The notes under the pieces: model-generated
Told to the model about the DNA's origin: nothing
The model's database searches: none
The model's input: only the letters and a program-made list of their open reading frames with translations
Origin: Octopus sinensis
Lineage: Eukaryota
Assembly (NCBI RefSeq): GCF_006345805.1
Contig: NC_043009.1
Coordinates: 64,418,001-64,482,000 of the forward strand
DNA: 64,000 nucleotides
Direction of reading: 5' to 3'
Shown: in pieces, positions 24,982 to 36,466 of the stretch
How positions within the stretch are numbered: position 1 is the stretch's first letter
Layout: each line of letters begins with the position of its first letter
Program-made: the position numbers and the translations under genes

Positions 24982-25355
24982 CTCAGAGACAATAGATGAC
25001 AGATCGTCAGAGTAGAACTTTCGACCATTATTACACGATTCCTTTGTAGAATTACTGGTGGGGAGGATATAAAATCCTTCTTTAGTATCCAGGTTATACA
25101 CAGAGCATTTCTCATCTTCGACAGCTGCCTTGTTTAAGAATTCATCCAAGGTGATGTTTGGTGGAATCAAAGACTCATTGAAATTCGAAGGATAACAAGC
25201 AAACGGAACCTTCTCTCTTATAAACACCATCGTCATAAGTGAAAGACCATTAAGCGTTATAAAAATGAAAATGAAAATATTGAGTGTCTTCTGGTATAAA
25301 CCATACCCGCCACATGTCTTCAATATTTCCTCCGTAATTTCTGATATTGACGAAT
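24982..25355 (-). CDS. SLC22-family transporter gene A, first identifiable coding exon (TM1 and large extracellular loop)
   Basis: Translates (x)DSSISEITEEILKTCGGYGLYQK...SSIVSE, which matches the SLC22 N-terminus (GxFGxYQ, loop Cys residues, N-glycosylation sequons). Acceptor TTTAG at 25356-25360 and donor GTAAGG at 24981. There is an in-frame TGA upstream, so the ATG must lie in another exon. Confidence 0.9.
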
Positions 25356-25519
25356 CTAAAGTTGTAAATCAAACAAAATATATTCCCAGAATTAATTTAT
25401 GATAAATCATTATTTTTTTTTTAATAAGTAAAATGCGCTTCTGAATGATTATAATTCGGTACAACTGGTTTCTGAAACACATGTCGATCATTCTCAGGAG
25501 AACGAAACGAAAAGTTTAC

Positions 25520-25604
25520 TCAAATAGATGTCAATGATGTACGTAACACGACTGAGTCGAAGCAGGTTTTCTCGTGGTTTTTCTGTTTCTGAACAGAAGT
25601 ACAT
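25520..25604 (-). CDS. Candidate upstream start exon for SLC22 gene A (MYFCSETEK...IDIYL, phase 1)
   Basis: ATG at 25604, 28 codons plus 1 nt, then GTAAAC. The phase fits the 25355 acceptor, but the donor is weak and there is no homology support. Confidence 0.2.
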
Positions 25605-25761
25605 TCAATGAATTATGATAATATGAAGTACAAGGCGCAATGACATTGAGGATTTAGTGAAACATATTGAGGATTTAGTGAAAAATATGACTAATGTTCA
25701 ATAAAGAAGGAATTATTTGACATTTATAACATGTAAATAACATCGTTTCCAATTGGGAAAT

Positions 25762-25919
25762 ACATGGCGTATTATCGTATTTATAACATGTAAATAACAT
25801 GGCGTATTATCGTATTTATAACATGTAAATAACATGGCGTATTATCGTATTTATAACATGTAAATAACATGGCGTATTATCGTATTTATAACATGTAAAT
25901 AACATGGCGTATTATCGTA
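25762..25919. repeat. 35-bp minisatellite, 4.5 identical copies
   Basis: Unit acatggcgtattatcgtatttataacatgtaaata starts at 25762, 25797, 25832, 25867 and 25902 (partial). Confidence 0.95.
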
Positions 25920-26274
25920 ATGGCCGAAAGTTGTTCTATAAGAGTGAGCGCCAGACTATGCCAGTAAGTGATTTCGGCTTCAAATTTAAAATAGCCGTGG
26001 ACTTTCTACAGAATCTTTTAATTGTATTTTAATATTTTGCCAGAAGATAAGGCGTCGAGCTGGCAGAATTGTGAGCGCACCGGGAAAAATAGTTACGTCT
26101 TGAGTTCAAATTCCGCCGAGGTCGATTGCCTTTCATTCTCTCGGTGTCGTTGAAACGAATTCCAGTCAGCACTGTGTTCTATGTAATCGACTTAACTCCT
26201 CCTCGAAATTACTGACCTTGTGCCAAAATTTGTAGCCTATGGTTTTCAAGTAGGTAATGTCATTGCTACTCTGT

Positions 26275-26886
26275 TATTCAAACGTACTTTCACGCGCAGT
26301 TAAAACAGAACGACGACCTGGACGATGTCTATTGCTTAGCCATCCAGTAGTAGCTTTGTACTTCTGAATTACTTTGGCAACTGTGTTTACGCTAACATGT
26401 ATTCGGTTACTAATTAACTTGTATCCTAAACCATTCCTGTGCAAATTAAAAATAATCTCCTTCAAATCTTCAGGCAACTCTTTTCCTTTTGGTGCCATTT
26501 TAATCACAATGAAGATTTTTACCACGGTACACAAATCAGAATTCCTGCAGATGCAATAACAATGACCAGTGCAAAAATGACAGGAGAAATAATTTATTAG
26601 AACTGAAATTATCAACAATATCTGAATTTAGTAAAAAAAAAAGTGGATAAAATAATGAATATAGCAAATTTCCATAAGGGTGTACATATTTTTGTAATGT
26701 TTGAAAATTAATATTTCGTTCATACCTTTAAAAATATCTATTGTTTTGTGTTCCAAATTTGTATAATGTTTGCATATATAATATATTTTAGTCAGTATAA
26801 ATTTCGTTTGATTTCCTTCAATATTATCAGAGTAATAGCAATTTACTGAAAATTTTTAGGAATATACATACTTCTGTGACATAATG
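26275..26886 (-). mobile_element. 5' portion of a Tc1-like transposon
   Basis: MAPKGKELPEDLKEIIFNLHRNGLGYKLIS...VSVNTVAKVIQKY...HRPGR (paired-type HTH), truncated; putative TA-flanked end near 26886. Confidence 0.75.
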
Positions 26887-27660
26887 TATATATATACGCA
26901 CACACACATGCATATACATATATACACACATATATGTCTATACAAACACGCACACACGCGTATACAGCCCCACACACATGCACACATATACGCACACACA
27001 TACACACATATCCCTCCCACACATAGATACAAAGAAATACATGCATACGCCCGTATAGGAATCGACACACGTGCGCATGCATATGAAAATATGTGAGGGA
27101 AGGTTGTGTGTGCGTATGTGATGATGGTGCAGCTACCATTTGTGAAGATGGAGCAATCATCATATATATATATATATATGACAAATGATGGACAGGTGCC
27201 AATTAATTACAGCTGCTTCCATTACAGGTACAACTCATTCATACCAGCTGAGTGGGCTGAGACAACGTGGAGTAAAGTGTCTCGCTCAAGGACATGACAC
27301 GCCACCGGGAATGAATGATTATATTCTATGATATAATGCAAAATTACCACCCAACACGAGTTTTTCCCAAACGTCAAACGCTAGGGAGATAATCACACAA
27401 AAGCTGTCATACAAAAGTAGTGCCCCTTGAATTCATGTTTTTTTTTACATTAGTTTTTCTGAAAATCCCCAAATTTTTAGCGTTGTCATCCAAAATGGAG
27501 AAGAACATGTGATCGGCTTGAAAAATTAAGATGTCCAGATATTTTTTTTTAACATGAAACCAATGGTAGCCTTAATACACAAATAAAGAAATTTTATACA
27601 TCAATGCGGTGTTGAGCACTCATTCCCATTGTTCAACATTTACGAAAGTATGTATGTATG

Positions 27661-27694
<34 letters not shown>

Positions 27695-28452
27695 TGTATG
27701 TATGTATGTATGTATGTATGTATGTATGTATGTATAAGGCGGTGAGCTGGCAGAATCGTTAGCACACCGGGCGAAATGCGTAGCCGTATTTCGTCTGCCG
27801 TTACTTTCTGAGTTCAAATTCCGCCAAGGTCGACTTTGCCTTTCATCCTTTCGGGGTCAATAAATTAAGTACCAGTTACGCACTGGGGTCGATGTAATCG
27901 ACTTAATCCGTTTGTCTGTCCTTGTTTGTCCCCTCTATGTTTAGCCCCTTGTGGGTTGTAAAGAAATAGGTATGTATGTATGTATGTATGTATGTATGTA
28001 TGTATGTATGTATGTATGTATGTATGTATGTGCGTGTGTTTGTGAGTGTGTGTGTATTTGTGTATGTATACGTATGTACACTATGTGCGAAAGCTAAATA
28101 TATGTGTATGCTTATGACCATATTGGTAAAGAGACTTGCTAGTCGGTACGTTTCTCCTTAAAAGGGTCTCCTTAAAAGGGTCATACTAAAATGACCAAAA
28201 AATTCCATTTCATTATTCTTGATCTAATTAATTCTCCCCCACCCCACTCTCTTTTGTTTTATTCTTTATTTTTTTTACTTGTTTCATTCATTTGACTACG
28301 GCCACGCTGTAGCACCGCCTCTAGTCGAACAAATCGACCCCAGAACTTATTCTTTGTAAGCCTAGTACTTATTCTATCAGATCTTTTGCCGAACCGCTAT
28401 GTTAGGGGGACGTAAACACACCGGCATCTGTTGTCAAGCGATGTCGGGGAAG

Positions 28453-28498
<46 letters not shown>

Positions 28499-29324
28499 GT
28501 ATGTGTATATATATATATATACGACGGGCTTCTTTCAGTTTCCGTCTACCAAATCCACTCTCAAGGCTTTAGTTGGCTCGCGGATATAGTAGAAGACACT
28601 TGCCCAAGGTGCCAACAGTCGGACTGAACTCGGAACCATGTGGTTGGTAAGCAATATATATATACTCACATGTTTATGTATATATGTATGTCTATGTATG
28701 CGAATGAATCCATGTATATGTGTGTTTGTGTTTCTCTGCGTATGTATATGTATACGGTTCTATGTTTTTGTGTGTGGGTGCATGTGCGTGCGTGCGTATG
28801 TGTGTATGTGTATGTGTACGTCCCTCTATATATGTGTTTTTGTAAGGGTATATGTATGTGTGTGTGTGTGTGTGTGTGTGCACGTTGATAGTGAAAAATA
28901 TGTTTTTTATTGCACTAAATTTTCTGTTTGTTCACAATTTACACTTCACATTGTTAGAGAGGAAGAGAGACTATGAGAGTGAGTAAGGGAGCAGATAGCC
29001 AGCCGATGCATTATGTCGGTACTCATGCGGTTAGTGGGGGGTGAGAGGTGAAAGGCGAAGAGAAAGAGGGAAAAGTTAAAGACGCGAAGAAGGGAGTTAC
29101 ATGGTTGAAAAGTTTGTTTAAGACGTAGAGAGAAAGAGAGAAGTGTTTAGCGGAGGGAAATTATTGTAACTGGAAGTGAAATAACAGCAAAATAAAAATA
29201 AAAAATAAAAATGCAGATCATCCTTTCTTCTCTTAATATTTTTCGTTCCGTGGAATGTCCACGGGTCCCACTAGTATATAATACTGTACTAAGGGTTTTC
29301 TATTTTTTATTCTACTACTACTAT

Positions 29325-29360
<36 letters not shown>

Positions 29361-29375
29361 ACACACACATGCGTG

Positions 29376-29413
<38 letters not shown>

Positions 29414-29471
29414 TACGTTTATATATTTGTTTTGGAAGAGTCTTGATATGTGAAATCGTGTGTTGAAACAG

Positions 29472-29566
29472 ATATTGTTGTATTTAGGAATGGTCATGTT
29501 GCCAGTTTAGCCAATATAGAGCGTGTGTTTTTATTGGCTAAACTGGCAACATGACCATTCCTAAAT

Positions 29567-29576
<10 letters not shown>
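29472..29576. repeat. Perfect 45-bp inverted repeat with 15-nt spacer
   Basis: 29472-29516 is the exact reverse complement of 29532-29576. Confidence 0.95.
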
Positions 29577-29624
<48 letters not shown>

Positions 29625-30557
29625 TTTACGTTCGTTTACGGGAACTGTTTTTCAATCCGTATATAAAAGCTAGTATCTTATTCTTTTCTGCTTTAGGCAC
29701 AAGGCCCGAAATTTTAAGGGAGGGGCCCAGTCGATTAGATCGACCCCAGTACGCAACTGGTATTAAATTTATTGACCCCGAAAGGAGGAAAGGCAAAGTC
29801 GACCACGGTGGAATTTGAACTCAGAACGTAAAGACGGACGAAATACCGGTAGATATTTCGCCCGGCATGCTGACGTTTTTGCCAGCTTGCCGCCTTAAAT
29901 GCTCGTATCTTATTAAGCCGACTACAGCCTTATGAGATTAACTGGCAATAATAATCTTTTGGGGGGTATGCATCATTGAACTATACCGATATAATGTAGG
30001 ATAAATACTACTATATATATATATATACAGAAAATGTAACGAAATGAACAGAAACTATTCAAACCTTTCAATTCTTCAACGGAAGATTTCTTGTTTAACT
30101 CTCTTAAATTGGTTGCCTTAGTTTCCATGTTACCGGTAGTAGTAATCCTGCTGATGTGAAACCTTACTGTAGAATTCCACTGAGTGATGTGTTCATCATA
30201 GCAGGCAGGAGCACAATATATATACATTCGTTACACGGTATAAATAAATTTTTAACGCTTTCATGCGTACATGCGAAGTACATATCTGCACAAACCTGCA
30301 TTTTATGTACATTCCGTTATATTAAATTACATTTATAATATGACAATATATCATGCTATATCATATAATATTGTATATTTATTACATTATATTATATTAC
30401 TTTTTTTTGTATTAAGCGTAACTAGCTGTGGTAAGATCAACTTGCATGCATGTAGTTTCTGCACCACGCCTTTGTTAAGGGCCTTCTACTATAGCCCCGC
30501 GATGACCAGTGGGAATTTGATAGACAGAACTCGAGTGGAAGCCCTTCGTATATATAT

Positions 30558-30612
<55 letters not shown>

Positions 30613-30614
30613 CT

Positions 30615-30780
30615 CGGAGTGGTTGGCGTTAGGAAGGGCATCCAGCTGTAGAAACTCTGCCAAATCAAGATTGGAGCCTAGTGCAGCCATCTGGTTCGCC
30701 AGCCCTCCGTCAAAATCGTCCAACCCATGCTAGCATGGAAAGCGGACGTTAAACGATGATGATGATTAGGATGATGATGA
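30615..30780 (+). mobile_element. SINE/RTE-related 3' fragment with (GAT)n tail
   Basis: ggcgttaggaagggcatccagc...catgctagcatggaaagcggacgttaaacgatgatgat. Confidence 0.55.
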
Positions 30781-31741
30781 TATATATATATGTATGTATG
30801 TATGTATGCATGTATGCATGTATGTATAAATTATATGTGTGCGCGCGTGTGTATTTTCCCCGCACACCCGCCCACACACCACTCGACCACTTAATTTAGC
30901 TTGTTCATATCCTCATAACTTAGCAGTTTGGTCTAACAGACCTATAGAATAAGTACCAGACTTTGAAATAAGTACCGGGTGGGGGAAATGCGAAGTTTTA
31001 TTCGGGAAAGAGCCCTGTGCTTATGAACCTTTTCAGGGTCACAAGGACAGGTAGGAGAGAGAGGAAGGAACTGGGGAATTGGTCTGAATGCATTCAAAGG
31101 AGAGGACACATTTAAAAGAAAACCTAAAATATCAGACAATGGTTTTAAACCGGGTGGCAACCTAACATTAATGACTGAAGATTAATATTGGTTGCAAATT
31201 TTGGCACACGGCCGGCAAGTTCAGGGAGGGGATAAGTCGTTTACATCTATCCTAGTGCTCGATTAGTACTTATTTTATCGACCCCAAAAGGATGAAATGC
31301 AAAGTCGGCCTCGGCGCCATTTGAACTCATATAATGACGGACGAAATGCCGCAAAGCGTTTTGACCGGCTGCTAAAAACTCCGCCAGCTCGCCGCCTTAT
31401 TGAAGATTAATATTATCAGCTCTGGAAGAATGAATAGCAACATTGACTTGAGCGTGAAACGAACTCAGAACATGTGTTTTGTAATTCTCCGCCTATTCTA
31501 ATATCGATTTCAATTTTTGGCACAAGGCCATAAAATTCAGGGCAAAAAGTAAGGTGATTACATTGACCACGGCACTCTACTGGTGTTTATTTTATCGACT
31601 CCGAAAGGATACAAGGCAGAGTCGACCTCGGCGGAACTTGAACTCAGAACATAAAGACAGACGAAATGCCGCTAAGCATTTTGCCCGGCGCGCTAGCGAT
31701 TCTGCCAGCTCGCCGCCTCCCCTATTCTAATATTAACAGTT

Positions 31742-32105
31742 ACAAGAGCACTGAGAAAGCGCAAACCTCCGCCAAGGCAACACCAGCGTTCTCTCAACGA
31801 TTAGCCAGGAATTATTTTTAAAATGAGAATATCTGAAATAAACTCGACTGCTTTCACAAACGAGAATACTAAAAAAAGAACCCGACCTCTCTAAAAAATT
31901 AAGGAAAAACAATCCAGAATCCTTGTCCGGTACCGGATCGATTCCCAAATCTAATCAGTTTGTGCCAGCCATGAGGCCAAACATTCCTGAAAGTTTCATC
32001 CGAACCCATCTAGCAGTTCTTGAGATATCTTGTCCACGGACAAAACCAGAAAACAAACAAACACAACTGAAAACAATACCTCCGCCTTCGCGAAGGCGGA
32101 TGTAA
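31742..32105 (+). mobile_element. Helentron-associated non-autonomous element (HINE-like)
   Basis: The motif acctccgcc occurs near both ends, and there is a 3' terminal hairpin TCCGCCTTC-GC-GAAGGCGGA. Confidence 0.55.
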
Positions 32106-33781
32106 TGATGATTTTTGTGTGTATGTGTTAGCGTGTATTAGTGTATGTGAGTTTGTAGGCCTGTGCGAGTTTGTGAGAAAAGTTCAAAGCTAAGACAAAA
32201 TGTACATATACTGGTTTCAAATATTGGCACAAGACCAGCAGTTTCGGGGCGGAAGGGCGAACTTGATGACATCGACCCCAATGCCCAACTGGTACTTATT
32301 TTATCGATCCCTAAAAAAATGAAAGGAAAGGTCGACCTTAGCGGACAAAATGCCACTAAGAATTATACCCGGCGTGCATAACAATTCTGTCTGCTAGCGA
32401 CTAAAAAATGTAAAAGGTACACATAATAAGGCTTTCATAAGACTGCAAACAGGTAGAGTCAGTAGCACGCCGGAAAAAGTCCTCAGCGGTATTTTATTCC
32501 GGTTTTATGTTCTGAGTTGAGAATGGCTGAGGTCAACTTTGGCTTTTATCCTGTGGATAAAATAAGTCCCAGTTGAAGACTGGGGTTGATGCGGTCAACA
32601 GACTTCCTCGTCTCAAAACTGCATGCATTGTGACCGTAATATGAAGGATTAATATTAAATTTCATAAACATTCTCGCGCCTTCTCACTCTCTCTGTATAT
32701 ATGTGCGCGTGCGATTGCGTGTGTGCGCGCGCAATCGTGTATAAATATATATATATATATATGCGTATGTATATATTTGAACAAACTAGCGAGGGTTGCT
32801 CTACAGATTGTTGAATTTCTATAACCCAATACTCAACATCAGGTCTTTCACAGGTGATTCTCCTTTTGATGCATTTTGCAACAAGAGTCAAGAGAGTTTC
32901 ACGGTTGATATTAAATGTTTTAGCGAAGACGTGAGCACAGTATTCCCTCAATATTCCATTTAAACTTTCTGCATCGCGGTTCTGCTATTTCTTTACTTTC
33001 TAGGTCCTTCTATTCTACTGAGATAATCTGTCACAAAACCAAAGCTGATTTGTTCGAGAGTTTATTGATCACTGTGAACTTAACAATATACCCCATTCGT
33101 CCACTGTATACTGTATTAACTTTCTTTCACAGATGTCATACTATTTTGTTGTTTTCTTGTTACGATCTATCGCTGTTATTAAAATCTATGGATGAACGGT
33201 AACTGCAGGGCACAATATTAGGCCATTCAATGACCCAGTGTTGAGATCTTCGATATAATTGATCAGGGTCAACAGAGTTTCCTATAGAATTTTGTCAAAA
33301 TTATTTTTGTTTTCTTTTTCGTATAGTCATCTGTTGATGTAAAAACGTAAAGTGAGTATGTATAAACATCTCCATTTTCAACTATTTGAATTCCTTAATA
33401 TAGGAGAGGATCTGAATTCTAATAAAGAAACAAAACTCCGTCACTAGAATTTGGATAAAACGATCAGTGTTAAATATGTTGCATATTTTTAATGTTCTGC
33501 TTATAAATTGTATTGCATTTTCTGCCATAAAAGTCGAGGAATATAAAGTTTAAACATGCGGTGTAACCGTCGTCACTATCTTTTAAAACACTACTGCATT
33601 CTACATAGAGTTTTCGGTCCTTAAAAGTTGTTTTGGTGTACAGGTTGACCTACAGTTTTTGGTCGTAAATTCGGATCATTAACATTCGACGTGTATGCTG
33701 GAAAATGCAGCATCTATAAATTATATGTTAGCTGGCCACTTTCTTTTTCTGAAAACACTGGTTTTTCGATTTATGCATTTA

Positions 33782-34143
33782 TTAACATAGCCAAGCGCAC
33801 TAACAGCTTTTGATAAAAATGTGAATTTATAATCGGGGTAGAGTAGATGCGGATTTCCAAGCAATTGTTTATAACTCTTCTATTTACTGATTATGCATTG
33901 CAATCTGCTTCTATAGCATCAGATAATTTCATTTTCCCTCCCAAACAATAATATCAGGTCTGTTAACATAGCCAAGCGCACTAACAGCTTTTGATAAAAA
34001 TGTTAATTTATAATCGGGGTAGAGTAGATGCGGATTTCCAAGCAATTGTTTATAACTCTTCTATTTACTGATTATGCATTGCAATCTGCTTCTATAGCAT
34101 CAGATAATTTCATTTTCCCTCCCAAACAATAATATCAGGTCTG
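33782..34143. repeat. 181-bp direct tandem duplication (1 mismatch)
   Basis: 33782-33962 matches 33963-34143. Confidence 0.9.
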
Positions 34144-34431
34144 TTAATCTTTTTATTTGGCGGAAGTTTTAAATGACAATTTTCCGCCGATATTGATTGT
34201 TATTCAATAATAAGTGTATTTTCTATAAGTTTCCCAACAGAGTCCATAGTAACTATTATATATATATTCACACACATATACATACACACATACACATATA
34301 CATATATGTTTGGTCAAAATGTACTTCGTAAGATTCAGCATGCTGTAGCCCGTGAGAGGGAATTTACAGGAGAAATCTAACCATTTCACTACAGTTGTCA
34401 GTTGTGGAGCAGGACTGTCACTACTTCTTTC

Positions 34432-34465
34432 ACCTGACGATTGCGTAACGCATGAAAGTACTAGT
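34432..34465 (+). ncRNA. Minimal hammerhead-like motif with canonical core
   Basis: ac CTGACGA t TGCG taa CGCA t GAAA GTAC TA / gt. Stem III is the AGUACU palindrome; stem I has only 2 clear pairs. Confidence 0.55.
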
Positions 34466-34893
34466 TTATTTCAATATTGTAAACTTGTAAAAATTGAAAA
34501 TAATTTAACTAACTTGGAATTTCATTGATTATTTCATTGACAAAAACACGCGCTGAAAGCGAGGGAATGAACAAAAAAGATTTTGTTCTGTCTATCTATG
34601 TGACTGATAAGAGACCGATAGAATAAGTACTAGGCTTACAAAGAATAAGTCCTGGGCTCGATGGGCTCGACTAAAAGCGGTGCTCCAGCATGGCCACAGT
34701 CAAATGATTGAAACAAGTAAAAGAGTAAAAAGAGAGTAAAAGAGTATACATACACACAGACACACACACATGCACACACACAGATATATATATATATATA
34801 CCCTCCTTCTTCCATTTTCCTGAGCGCCTAATAATAATAATACTGTAATTGTTCCACGTGTTGTTGTTTTTTCTGTTTTCCCGTTTGGATTAA

Positions 34894-34980
<87 letters not shown>

Positions 34981-34988
34981 ATATATAT

Positions 34989-35026
<38 letters not shown>

Positions 35027-35030
<4 letters not shown>

Positions 35031-35335
35031 GGAGGCGCAATCGCCCAGTGGTTAGGGCAACGGACTCGTGGTCGTATGATCGCGGTTTCGATTCCCAGAC
35101 CGGGCGTTGTGAGAGTTTATTGAGCGAAAACACCTAAAAGCTCCGGCAGGGGGTCGTGGCGATCCCTACTGTACTCTTTCGCCACAACTTTCTCTCACTC
35201 TTTCTTCTGTTGGCCTGCTCGCTTAGCCAGCGGGGTGGCGTTATTTGAAGGCTAAAAACAATGCGAAGCGCATTGTGACCAGTGATGTGTAGCAACATCT
35301 GATAGCCTGCTCGGTCACGGTGATCACAGTGATAT
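35027..35335 (+). mobile_element. tRNA-derived SINE family C; second copy at 40219-40527(-)
   Basis: GGAGGCGCAAT.GCCCAGTGGTTAGG...GGTTTCGATTCCCAGACC head; two similar copies in opposite orientation. Confidence 0.85.
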
Positions 35336-35449
35336 ATATATATTAGTGAAAATTATAAGTATAAGCATGGTTTCCTTGTTTATTAACAATTATGCTTCTG
35401 CTGCGATGGTAAGTTTCTGCCAAAGAGTGAATCATTATATATTAAGTTG

Positions 35450-35540
35450 CCTACGGACGCGTGTTTCGGAATTAAGCCAGTATAGAGCATAAATAATGAA
35501 TAATTATACCTTACCTGACTATTTTCCTTTTCAGCGTAGG
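35450..35540 (-). ncRNA. Type I hammerhead-like motif, probably inactivated (G8A)
   Basis: CCTACG CTGAAAA GGAA...TTCC GAAAC ACGC GTC / CGTAGG. Stem I is a perfect 6 bp; stem II is extended by AGTCAG/CTGGCT. Confidence 0.65.
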
Positions 35541-36050
35541 ATTCTTTAATTATAAATAATTGTGTCTCAATTATTAATAATTGTGTATTAAATTTGAAGG
35601 CACTAGAAAATATCACTTCACCTCTCGGTATCAGAGAGAACGTATACCGTGCCAGTACCGCCAAATTCAAAAAGTGAATGAGAGTGAATGAGAGCAACAC
35701 GCTGGTGGACAGGGGAGAGTGACTTACTCTCATTCACGTGGGTGGCGTGACATTTTCTTGTGCCAACCTTGTCAGTTAGACTGCCAACCCGGGAATGATG
35801 AACCCAACGCTAAAAAGCGGGAAATGGCTTAGTCCAAATTACTGTCGTGTAGATTTCTTTTTGCGCTGGTCATTGTTGTGAACTCCTGCGTCCTTTAGAA
35901 TGCTTCCCTTTGGCAAATTTGCATGATGGAGCCGTGCTCAAGGATGGAACACCACGAGGTCGATGGCTGATTCAGCATATATTACTGGCTGATAGTCTTG
36001 GTTACGCTACTGGTGTCCTATATACATAGAACAGTTAAGCCGAAGTATGC

Positions 36051-36279
36051 ATACATCGTGTGTGGGGTACTTTTCCAGTGAGTCTGTAGGTGAATGTGAG
36101 GGGCTATGTATGTGTATGCAGTCGTGTTTATGTATGTGTGCATATGTGTGTGTGTGTGTGTGTGAGTGTAGGATACACACACACATATGCACACATACAT
36201 AAACACGACTGCATACACATACATAGCCCCTCACATTCACCTACAGACTCACTGGAAAAGTACCCCACACACGATGTAT
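36051..36279. repeat. Perfect 105-bp inverted repeat with about 19-nt spacer
   Basis: 36051-36155 is the reverse complement of 36175-36279. Confidence 0.95.
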
Positions 36280-36287
36280 CCTACACT

Positions 36288-36321
<34 letters not shown>

Positions 36322-36428
36322 AAGACAAACATACATACATACATACACACACACATACATACATATATATATATGTATGTATATATATATATAATATATA
36401 TATATAATATGTATATATATATATATAT

Positions 36429-36466
<38 letters not shown>

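Noticed and set aside
25430-25530. Plus-strand peptide NDYNSVQLVSETHVDHSQENETKSLLK*
   Set aside because: Short, with no start or convincing acceptor and no homology that I can recognise.
32655-32951. 98-aa minus ORF, or a plus-strand exon at about 32853-32930
   Set aside because: No recognisable domain; the ORF runs into microsatellite and no partner exons were found.
33327-33351. 25-nt microexon with good-looking AG/GT sites
   Set aside because: It adjoins a repeat also seen at 41231 and resembles an eroded PLE terminus; there is no plus-strand gene to host it.
35027-35100. tRNA genes at SINE heads (families A-D)
   Set aside because: They have A/B boxes but no complete cloverleaf, and each continues into a shared SINE body.
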